Part shown: in pieces, positions 38,022 through 45,484 of the stretch
How positions within the stretch are numbered: position 1 is the stretch's first letter
Layout: each line of letters opens with the position of its first letter
Virus record (IMG/VR): IMGVR_UViG_3300025151_000045
Location: 1 to 55,316 of that record
Length of the DNA stretch: 55,316 nt
Source of the DNA: a virus
Lineage: Duplodnaviria > Caudoviricetes
Strand: one strand, 5' to 3'
The notes under the pieces: generated by a model
The model's database searches: none
The model's input: only the letters and a program-made list of their open reading frames with translations
What the model was told of the DNA's origin: nothing
Translations under genes and position numbers: made by a program

Positions 38022-40112
38022 TTAACTTGGCACATCTGTTTCTCTATCGCTTTCAGTCATATTAAAACTAACTGCGTTGTTTGTGCTATTAGGTGCGTCA
38101 CCTACTCTATCCTCTATTGTCATATTTGCAGATAATCCACCACCAGTATAATTAGGCGCATCACCCTCTAGATCTGCTATTGTCATATTTACACTTGCTA
38201 CTGTACTACTTCCAACTTGGTCAGGAATACTCCAATTAGTATTAAAGGTTGCATTTTCTCCCATTCTCCAATGTGCTACCGCCCCTCTTATTGTAGTAGG
38301 TACTCCGCTGTTGTAAATAGCTGTTATATCACTTGCGCTTTTAGCTGTATTCCAAAGTGCTATTTCATCCAACAAACCTGGAAAACTTGTTGCAGTGCTT
38401 CCATTTCTCATTCCTATTCTACTAAAAGAATGTGCATTTGTATTTTGACCGCTAAAATCAGGTGAAGAAATTGTTGTATATAAAGAACCATTAATATAAC
38501 TTTTTAGCTCATTAGCTGTGCTATCGTAAGTTAAAGCGAAATGGTGCCAAGTATCTATTGCTAATGCTCCACTCATAGCGGTCCAGCCACTTGTTAAAAA
38601 TAAAGTTATGTTAGTTCCATCTAAAGAAACATATCTTAATATACCACCTTTTGCTGTTGAGCTATCTTGCCCAAAAATACCATCAAAATTACCATTACCT
38701 GTTCTATGAAGCCAAACACTTGTTGTAAAATCTGTTAAAGTAGTTGGTGTTGCTACTGTCATATAATCATCCACCCCATCAAAACTAAATGACCTTGTTG
38801 AGTAGTTGCTTAATGCTGAATTGTTTACTAACCAATTATCAGTAAAGTTAGATCCCTCTCCCATTTTCCAATAAGCAGTAGCACCTGTTATGGTAGTAGG
38901 AGTACCGCTATTGTAGATAGAAGCTACATTTGAACTTTGGTCACTATTCCAAACTGCTACCTCGTCAACGTTGCCATTAAGAAGGAAAGTTCCACTACCA
39001 GTACCACCAATCACAAAATTTGCTGGGTCATTGTCAATAGATGCTGGTATTGAAGTTGTATTTTCTTGTTCTAAATTTCCATCAACATATAATCTTAGGT
39101 AAGTAGATGGGTTAAAAACTGCTAACAAATGATGCCAGTTTCCATCGTCAACTCTTGCTCCAGTAGCTGGTGTTTGATGTAATGTTGAAGAGTTGTATAT
39201 AAAAAATGTAGGTTGGTGTGTTCCTCCAAAATCATCAACCCATAAACCATAACTTCTATCACCACCACTTGTATTTGACTTTGTAACTAAAGCCATATCA
39301 TTACCTGTAAATTTAACCCAAGCAGATATACTTAAAGCACCTGTTATTTGTAAACTTGCTGGATTGCCAAAATCTACATAATCATCCACTCCATCAAATT
39401 CAAAACTATAATTAGAAACTTTATCCTTATTACTATTATTAGGTAGTAACCACTGTGGAGATTTGTAAGAACCATTATCGCCATTTCTGTACCAAGCAAC
39501 AGGATTAAGTGAGGATAAATCGTTAGGTACTCCTGAGTTGTAGATCGAAGTTACGTTTTCAGCAGTTAAAGGAGAATTATAAAGCGAAACCTCATCAATA
39601 TTCCCAACAAAATGAGAAAAATTATTTTCGCTTTTTCCTATGTGTAAATCATAACCTGTGCCAGTATCTTGACCACTTCCATCGACTGTAGCTTTTAAAA
39701 CACCATTAACATATAGTTTTAATTGACCAACACCTGCTGTACCTCCATCTTCATCAAAAACCCCAACTATATTATACCAATTATTTATTGTTAAACCACA
39801 ATCTACAAAACCTGTCATACATCTCGTATCTGTTACTCCTGTTCTTCTACTTATAGATACAAAACCTGTGGTTATTTGTAAACCAGCAAAAATTCCTTTT
39901 TTTGTTGTTATTGCTCCACTATCTAAAAAGTAATTATAAGAACTAAAAGAAGTGGGATATATCCAAGTACTAAAAGAAATGTCACCAGTTTGTAAATTAG
40001 GGATTGAACTTCCAGCATTAACAAAATCATCCACACCATCGAAGGCTAAGGAGTAGGTGTTGGCGAATGAGGGGCTCAATACGTTTAATATGCTGCTATA
40101 ATATCTACTCAT
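38022..40112 (-). CDS. LamG/concanavalin-like fibre protein with 3 LamG domains
   Basis: Three FDGVDD...S.W...W.H...LY.NG...G..DE.A.(W/Y)N units. Confidence 0.85.
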   Translation of the reverse strand: MSRYYSSILNVLSPSFANTYSLAFDGVDDFVNAGSSIPNLQTGDISFSTWIYPTSFSSYNYFLDSGAITTKKGIFAGLQITTGFVSISRRTGVTDTRCMTGFVDCGLTINNWYNIVGVFDEDGGTAGVGQLKLYVNGVLKATVDGSGQDTGTGYDLHIGKSENNFSHFVGNIDEVSLYNSPLTAENVTSIYNSGVPNDLSSLNPVAWYRNGDNGSYKSPQWLLPNNSNKDKVSNYSFEFDGVDDYVDFGNPASLQITGALSISAWVKFTGNDMALVTKSNTSGGDRSYGLWVDDFGGTHQPTFFIYNSSTLHQTPATGARVDDGNWHHLLAVFNPSTYLRLYVDGNLEQENTTSIPASIDNDPANFVIGGTGSGTFLLNGNVDEVAVWNSDQSSNVASIYNSGTPTTITGATAYWKMGEGSNFTDNWLVNNSALSNYSTRSFSFDGVDDYMTVATPTTLTDFTTSVWLHRTGNGNFDGIFGQDSSTAKGGILRYVSLDGTNITLFLTSGWTAMSGALAIDTWHHFALTYDSTANELKSYINGSLYTTISSPDFSGQNTNAHSFSRIGMRNGSTATSFPGLLDEIALWNTAKSASDITAIYNSGVPTTIRGAVAHWRMGENATFNTNWSIPDQVGSSTVASVNMTIADLEGDAPNYTGGGLSANMTIEDRVGDAPNSTNNAVSFNMTESDRETDVPS

Positions 40113-40118
40113 AATATC

Positions 40119-41507
40119 TTAACTTGGTACGTTTTCCTCTCTGTCAGATTCAGTCATATTGTAACTTAAGGCGTTTAAAGTAATATTAGGTGCTTCACCT
40201 ACTCTATCTTCTATGGTCATATTTTCAGATAATCCATCAGCACTTCCAACCCCATCTGGAATTGTCCAGTTAGTGCTAAACGTAGCCTCTTCACCCATTT
40301 TGTAATGTGCTACTTTACCACTTGGTAATGTTGTGGGTTCTCCACTATTATAGATTGAAGTTACATTTTCAGAAGTTAAAGCTGTATTGAAAAATGCAAC
40401 ATCATCCATCATACCAACAAACAGCTTTGCACTATAAGAGCCTACTCTTGCAAGTCTAAAATTATTATTAGCCACAAAAGTAGTATCTGGTGTGCCACCA
40501 AGTATGTTAGTTGCTAAAGAGCCATTTAAATATAATTTCATTCTATCTGCTTGAGGTAAAGAGCCATCAAAAACAAAAATAAAATTATTCCAAGTGTTTA
40601 AAGTTACAGGTAAAGGGTCAGCTCTATAAACAGCACTACCATTAAAATTTATTCTTACATCGTCAGTAGATTGCTTCATAGTAAATCTAAAGCTATTATC
40701 ACCCATAAAATATTGCCAATCATTGTAGCTTGTATTAAACCAAAAAGAAATACTAAAAGCCCCTAAACCGTCAAGCACACTTGTTCCTAAGTTTATGTTA
40801 TCCCCAACACCATCAAAAGCAAAACTATAATTCGATACCTTATCTTTATTACTATTTTCAGGTATTAACCATTGTGGAGATTTATAAGAACCATTGTCTC
40901 CCATTCTCCACCAAGCAGTTGGGTTGAGTGAAGTTAAATCAACAGCTCCACTTGCTGAATATATAGAGCCAATGTTTGCGGTTTGGTCAGAGTTCCATAT
41001 TGCTACCTCGTCAATGTTTCCATTAAAGAACCAACCACCAGCCTGATAGGCAATACCAATAGAATTTAAGGTAAAATTACCACTTCTACTTGATGAACTT
41101 CCAAAAGCAGTACCATTTCTAAAAGCTGTTACATTATTTGAAGAATCTCTTATTATTATAATGTGTTGCCAACTATCTAAAACAAGGTCATTTCCTGAAC
41201 TTTCGGTAAATGTTACAGCACCACCAGCACATTTAAATTTTATTGAAGTTGTTGAATCTAATCTTACAAAATTACTATTATTAGAAATATCACCAAGAAT
41301 TGCTTTTGTTGACACGCTTGAAGGTTTTATCCAAAATGAAAAACTAAACGTTGAACTATAAACAACTTCATCTAAAGAAATATAATCATCTGTTCCATCA
41401 AAGGCTAAGGAATAGGTGTTAGAGAAACCTCCACCTCCTCCTCCAGAAGCTGCTGCACCATTCATCTGAGAAGATGAGGTGATCATATTTCCAACAGCTA
41501 TGTACAT
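40119..41507 (-). CDS. LamG/concanavalin-like fibre protein with 2 LamG domains
   Basis: Two LamG units; paralogue of the downstream gene. Confidence 0.85.
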   Translation of the reverse strand: MYIAVGNMITSSSQMNGAAASGGGGGGFSNTYSLAFDGTDDYISLDEVVYSSTFSFSFWIKPSSVSTKAILGDISNNSNFVRLDSTTSIKFKCAGGAVTFTESSGNDLVLDSWQHIIIIRDSSNNVTAFRNGTAFGSSSSRSGNFTLNSIGIAYQAGGWFFNGNIDEVAIWNSDQTANIGSIYSASGAVDLTSLNPTAWWRMGDNGSYKSPQWLIPENSNKDKVSNYSFAFDGVGDNINLGTSVLDGLGAFSISFWFNTSYNDWQYFMGDNSFRFTMKQSTDDVRINFNGSAVYRADPLPVTLNTWNNFIFVFDGSLPQADRMKLYLNGSLATNILGGTPDTTFVANNNFRLARVGSYSAKLFVGMMDDVAFFNTALTSENVTSIYNSGEPTTLPSGKVAHYKMGEEATFSTNWTIPDGVGSADGLSENMTIEDRVGEAPNITLNALSYNMTESDREENVPS

Positions 41508-41508
41508 T

Positions 41509-42018
41509 CTACCAAAGAGCTAGTAAATTAGTAGCTGCTGTTCCTGTAGTTGTTGCAAAAACTCTTATTACTTGAACAGGTAAAAAAGTTCCTGCTAAAA
41601 CACCTATAAACTCTACTTCACTTCCACTAACAGTTTTTACTTTTAAATCTCCAGCTCCACCAATATATAATACGCATCCCTCGCTATGGTTAGCTTTTGG
41701 ATCTAAAAATATTTTATATTCTTTTCCAGCTGTACTAATAATGTCAGCTGATAAACTTAATGTAGTTGCACTGTCAATCGCAGTAACAGTAGCAATAGTC
41801 CCATCTGTAACATTTACCACAATTGCTCCAGGTTTTAATCCTTGGATAGTGTCAAATGCTCCACCTTCAGTAGCTGCATTAGTGTTTACTAACTTACTAG
41901 ATACTGTGGCTCCAGCAGTAGTTCCACTAAGTTTACTAGAAGATTCTAAAGGAATGTCTATAGTGTCGCTAGGAATAACCTTAGCTGCTAAACCAACCTG
42001 TAATTTTTGATATGCCAT
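41509..42018 (-). CDS. head-spike base-like protein (RcGTA Rcc01079-type)
   Basis: VIPSD...VLYIGGAGDLKV...VEF.GVLAG.FLPVQV.RV.AT.T pattern. Confidence 0.6.
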   Translation of the reverse strand: MAYQKLQVGLAAKVIPSDTIDIPLESSSKLSGTTAGATVSSKLVNTNAATEGGAFDTIQGLKPGAIVVNVTDGTIATVTAIDSATTLSLSADIISTAGKEYKIFLDPKANHSEGCVLYIGGAGDLKVKTVSGSEVEFIGVLAGTFLPVQVIRVFATTTGTAATNLLALW

Positions 42019-42020
42019 TT

Positions 42021-42212
42021 TTATTTATTTTTTTTATATGGAAAAACTCTATTTAAAGTGTCTCGTCTTTCAGAACAGCCACAAGGTTTACCTAAAGCTT
42101 TGGATCCTTTTTCTACAATAGACTTAATACCAGTTGCTTTAGTTATCTTTTCTATTGAATCGCCCAATCCTCTAGAGGGACCTTTATATGAGTTAACCTT
42201 AAAATTAGCCAT
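42021..42212 (-). CDS. small protein with GLGD...CGC..R...LN motif
   Basis: ATG 42212; motif common in marine phage ORFs. Confidence 0.65.
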   Translation of the reverse strand: MANFKVNSYKGPSRGLGDSIEKITKATGIKSIVEKGSKALGKPCGCSERRDTLNRVFPYKKNK

Positions 42213-42372
42213 TCTCAACGTTTTCAAAGGCTAAAAGAAATTCTCTAATAGCTACACCAAAGGCTACACCTGCGTATAAAGGGTGCTTTTCTAAAATTAG
42301 AGCTAACCCAATTACTAAACAAACAACTGCTTTAAATAAAGATGAATTAATTGCGTCTTTTAAAAACTTCAT
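42205..42372 (-). CDS. 55-aa two-TM membrane protein (not in ORF track)
   Basis: MKFLKDAINSSLFKAVVCLVIGLALILEKHPLYAGVAFGVAIREFLLAFENVENG; fills the gap. Confidence 0.65.
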   Translation of the reverse strand: MKFLKDAINSSLFKAVVCLVIGLALILEKHPLYAGVAFGVAIREFLLAFENVENG

Positions 42373-42374
42373 AA

Positions 42375-42578
42375 TTATTTTCTAATGTTAGCACTGTTTC
42401 TTTTTTTAACACCTTCATATTTCATTCCATGATCGCCACCATAAGCGTGACCATAAATCTTTTTAGACATTGCTTTACTTTCATCTCTACGATCTTTTAA
42501 AGATTGCTTATGCTTCCCTTTATGTTTGTTTCCTAAAGACTCGTCTAATCTTGCGTTGTAACCTTGTTTCTTTGCCAT
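42375..42578 (-). CDS. small basic protein
   Basis: QGYNARLDESLG...QSLKDRRDESK motif. Confidence 0.7.
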   Translation of the reverse strand: MAKKQGYNARLDESLGNKHKGKHKQSLKDRRDESKAMSKKIYGHAYGGDHGMKYEGVKKRNSANIRK

Positions 42579-42593
42579 TTTTTTTAATTTTTG

Positions 42594-42770
42594 TTATTTT
42601 TTTGCTTTCCCTTTTACTTTTTTAAGATTAGGGTTTTTCTTTTTAGCTTTACCAGAAGACTTTCTAGAAGCACTAGCTAATATTGCACTAGCAGCTTTTT
42701 TTGAATAACCTCCCTTTTTTGCAATACTTGCTGCAACTTTTTTAAAGCCCTTTGGTTTTTTCTTTGCCAT
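42594..42770 (-). CDS. very basic Lys/Ala-rich protein
   Basis: MAKKKPKGFKKVAASIAKK...; TATATTTG 3 nt upstream. Confidence 0.7.
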   Translation of the reverse strand: MAKKKPKGFKKVAASIAKKGGYSKKAASAILASASRKSSGKAKKKNPNLKKVKGKAKK

Positions 42771-42773
42771 ATG

Positions 42774-42781
42774 CAAATATA
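42774..42781 (-). promoter_or_regulatory. -7 element TATATTTG, leaderless arrangement
   Basis: TATATTTG-CAT-ATG. Confidence 0.55.
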
Positions 42782-43078
42782 CTAATATTTTCCTTGCCTA
42801 TTTTTTGGAGAACTTTTTGTAGATCCCCCTTTGCCAGCCCAAAGGTTCTTGCATGCCCAATATCTAGCTGTCAACTTAGACTTGGCAGAAGAACACTTGT
42901 GGCGAGCTTTAAAACTTTTTCTAGCTGCAGATGAGTAGTTATGACCATAACCTTTAGCACCAAAGTGAATTACCTTCTCTTTGCCACCCTCACATCCCTT
43001 AACCATCTTTTTCTTTCCTGGTCTTGTGGATGATCTCACTTTATTGCAAGCCATCTTTGATTTATCTACTCTAGCCAT
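42782..43078 (-). CDS. small basic protein
   Basis: HFGAKG...ARKSFKARHKC...ARYWAC..LW conserved viral motif. Confidence 0.75.
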   Translation of the reverse strand: MARVDKSKMACNKVRSSTRPGKKKMVKGCEGGKEKVIHFGAKGYGHNYSSAARKSFKARHKCSSAKSKLTARYWACKNLWAGKGGSTKSSPKNRQGKY

Positions 43079-43188
43079 TAGTATCCCTTTTTTTTCGATA
43101 CTTTCATACCTTTTTTCTTAGCATACTTCTTTGCTGCTGCTTTTCCTTTTGCAGTGTATGCAAACTTTTTCTTTCCTACTTTTGGCAT
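43078..43188 (-). CDS. 36-aa basic peptide (not in ORF track)
   Basis: MPKVGKKKFAYTAKGKAAAKKYAKKKGMKVSKKKGY; TAATG-coupled to the next gene. Confidence 0.75.
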   Translation of the reverse strand: MPKVGKKKFAYTAKGKAAAKKYAKKKGMKVSKKKGY

Positions 43189-43190
43189 AA

Positions 43191-43547
43191 CTATTTTCTT
43201 TTTACTGGTTTAACTTTTTTACCTCCTGCTCCTTGCATCCCAACTCTTCTTTTTTCTGCTTTTTTTCTAGCAAGTTCAGACTTACTCATCTCCCCTTTTG
43301 TTTTAGGAGTTTTACTAGAAACCCTTTTACTAGGTCTACAATATTCATTCTTACCTCCAGATCCACAAGGTTTTCCTGTTCTGGTGTCCACCCATTTCTC
43401 TGCACCCCACCTTTTTAGATTAGATCCAGCTTTAGTTTTTCTAACTTTACCTTTTCCCTTTCGGCACTTAGCTGTGGCTTGAGCTGCTCTTGCAGACCAC
43501 TTACCATAGCTTTTCATTATCTTTTTATAACAGGCGTCTTTTGGCAT
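43191..43547 (-). CDS. small basic protein
   Basis: WSARAAQ...LKRW..EKW...YCRPSKRVSSKTPKT conserved viral motif. Confidence 0.75.
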   Translation of the reverse strand: MPKDACYKKIMKSYGKWSARAAQATAKCRKGKGKVRKTKAGSNLKRWGAEKWVDTRTGKPCGSGGKNEYCRPSKRVSSKTPKTKGEMSKSELARKKAEKRRVGMQGAGGKKVKPVKRK

Positions 43548-43556
43548 AACTATTTT

Positions 43557-43829
43557 TTATCCCCTAGATCTTTTATCTCCAGGCATATCATCTTTATCTC
43601 CTCTGTTCTTACTCTTCTTACAAAAAGCAATTCTTACTTTGCCTTTGTATTTTTTTTCGCAGGCATCAAGATCATCTCCATTACCATACGTTCCTTTCCT
43701 TCTATTAAACTTATTTAGCTTCGTTCTTTTTTTTGTAGCCTTAGTGGTTTTATTATACTTCTTATCATACGCTTTTTTCTTAGCGTAAGAATCTGGGTTT
43801 GATTTATAATGTTTAGCTGTAGCTTTCAT
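43557..43829 (-). CDS. small basic protein, degenerate HNH-like
   Basis: GNGDDLDA...SKNRG pattern lacking the catalytic His. Confidence 0.6.
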   Translation of the reverse strand: MKATAKHYKSNPDSYAKKKAYDKKYNKTTKATKKRTKLNKFNRRKGTYGNGDDLDACEKKYKGKVRIAFCKKSKNRGDKDDMPGDKRSRG

Positions 43830-44137
43830 TTCATTTTTAACCTTTCGTTTTCTTTTTCTAAAAATTCCACCTTAGTTCTTAATGAAGAAACCTCTGCAGT
43901 AAGATCTAACAAATTTTTTCTTAACTCATCTTTTTCTTTAGCTGACTCTGCTAAGAGTTCTTCTAACTTGGCTACTCGCTTTTTCAAATCATCTCTATAT
44001 TGGTGGCTGTCATTATTTTCAATCTCTTCTTTTTTTTGTTCTGCACGAACTTTAATTCTAGTTTCTGCAAATTTCCATATCCCTGCAGTTCCTAAAATAC
44101 CACCCACTATAGTTACTATTTCTGTTATATTATCCAT
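43826..44137 (-). CDS. N-terminal TM plus coiled-coil protein
   Basis: IVTIVGGILGTAGIW followed by heptad repeats. Confidence 0.7.
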   Translation of the reverse strand: MDNITEIVTIVGGILGTAGIWKFAETRIKVRAEQKKEEIENNDSHQYRDDLKKRVAKLEELLAESAKEKDELRKNLLDLTAEVSSLRTKVEFLEKENERLKMK

Positions 44138-44498
44138 TTCTGTGAAGTTGTTCTCTTTTTAACCTGATTAAACTTCCACCAGAACTTATAGCTAGTAATA
44201 CCCAGCCATAATGTGTAGCGTCATGTAGCCCATAAGGACTGTTAATATATAAAAGTAGTGTGACTACAAATAAACACAATGAGAAAAAAGAAGCTTTTAC
44301 CCTTAAGCATACCCTTTCTTTAGATACAGCATAAAGCTGGTAGATCCCACCAATAATAACTAAAGGTAAAAATATAGGCATAAAACCTATCTCTAAAAAC
44401 AAACATATAGGAGTTAGTGTTATGTTGCATAATCCTAGAGTGATCTCTGTAGGTTGCGAATCGCTATACTTCCATATATGTATCAATTTTTTTAACAT
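44130..44498 (-). CDS. multi-pass membrane protein
   Basis: About 4 hydrophobic segments; start at 44498 uncertain. Confidence 0.65.
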   Translation of the reverse strand: MLKKLIHIWKYSDSQPTEITLGLCNITLTPICLFLEIGFMPIFLPLVIIGGIYQLYAVSKERVCLRVKASFFSLCLFVVTLLLYINSPYGLHDATHYGWVLLAISSGGSLIRLKREQLHRNG

Positions 44499-44506
44499 TT
44501 TTCTAA

Positions 44507-44641
44507 TTAGCTTCCACAGCTGATGCACTCTTCATCATCCAAACTACACTGTCTTTCTGGAACTGGTTGCTCTTCCATCTTCTCTAATAATTTGTCAAAT
44601 TCTGATTTCTCCTCTGTCTTTACATTTTTCTTCTCTTCCAT
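44507..44641 (-). CDS. 44-aa acidic peptide ending CSLDDEECISCGS
   Basis: ATG 44641 with TATCTTTG (44662-44669) upstream. Confidence 0.6.
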   Translation of the reverse strand: MEEKKNVKTEEKSEFDKLLEKMEEQPVPERQCSLDDEECISCGS

Positions 44642-44661
44642 TAGATTTTTGTTTATTTTTA

Positions 44662-44688
44662 CAAAGATACTAAAATTAAATACACTTG
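44662..44688. promoter_or_regulatory. divergent -7 elements
   Basis: TATCTTTG on the minus strand (44662-44669); near-consensus TACACTTG on the plus strand (44681-44688), 5 nt before ATG 44694. Confidence 0.5.
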
Positions 44689-44693
44689 AATTA

Positions 44694-45140
44694 ATGAGCA
44701 GACACATCCCCAGGAACTATTTAAAATACTACAGAGTTATAAGGTATTTTTTTTGTACGAAATACAAAATCACCTATCCTGATCTAGAGCTTTTGTTTTT
44801 TCTGTATTCAGAAAGATATTTCTCCAGGGAAGACTTCGATGGGTACAATGAGCTATTTAGCTGGAACGAACATAAGTTCTATAGACTTACTAATGATGGG
44901 TGGATAGACACCTTCAGAAAAAAAGAAAATGGAAAGAGGACAATGTATAAAGTGTCCTATAAAGGAGCTAGAATGATCGAATCTTTTTATAAGAAATTAG
45001 CTGGAGAAGAAATACCTGAGTCCCCCTCCAGCAATCCTTTGTTTTTAAAAAATGTAAAGTACACTGACAAAGTATACAGGAACATGATAAAAGAAATGAA
45101 TTCGTTTATTCGACAACAACGATATCTCTCTCCTGAATAA
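44694..45140 (+). CDS. putative winged-helix DNA-binding protein
   Basis: DLELLFFLY...RLTNDGWI...YKVSYKG pattern; lone + strand gene in the late block. Confidence 0.6.
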   Translation: MSRHIPRNYLKYYRVIRYFFCTKYKITYPDLELLFFLYSERYFSREDFDGYNELFSWNEHKFYRLTNDGWIDTFRKKENGKRTMYKVSYKGARMIESFYKKLAGEEIPESPSSNPLFLKNVKYTDKVYRNMIKEMNSFIRQQRYLSPE

Positions 45141-45363
45141 TTGTAACTGGATCTTCATTTATAATCATGGTAAAAGCTTGCCTTTTATCATAGTATACTA
45201 CATCGCCTGTGGCGATGTTTTTTACTTCAGTACCTGGAGTAAGCACTTTCCCTTTGGCATATCTCATGCTCTCACGATCTTTCCCTGACAACATGAGCCC
45301 AAACTCTGTGGTTACTGGCTCATCAATGTCTCTGATCATGATGTATTTATTTAAAGTCTTCAA
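45106..45363 (-). CDS. groES: co-chaperonin GroES (TTG start)
   Basis: TEFGLML mobile loop, GKVLTPG, GDVVYY, IIQERDIVVV. Confidence 0.85.
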   Translation of the reverse strand: MKTLNKYIMIRDIDEPVTTEFGLMLSGKDRESMRYAKGKVLTPGTEVKNIATGDVVYYDKRQAFTMIINEDPVTIIQERDIVVVE

Positions 45364-45484
45364 GGTATATTGTTTTAGTTAAAAATTCTTCAAAGGTATA
45401 TCCCAGCTGTTTTATCCCTAGGTATATGTATTCACCCCACAGCTTGTTCTTTTGACCTAGGCTTATAAATTTACTGGCTTTCAT
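45347..45484 (-). CDS. 45-aa ORF bridging groEL and groES (not in ORF track)
   Basis: MKASKFISLGQKNKLWGEYIYLGIKQLGYTFEEFLTKTIYLEDFK overlaps both neighbours. Confidence 0.45.
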   Translation of the reverse strand: MKASKFISLGQKNKLWGEYIYLGIKQLGYTFEEFLTKTIYLEDFK

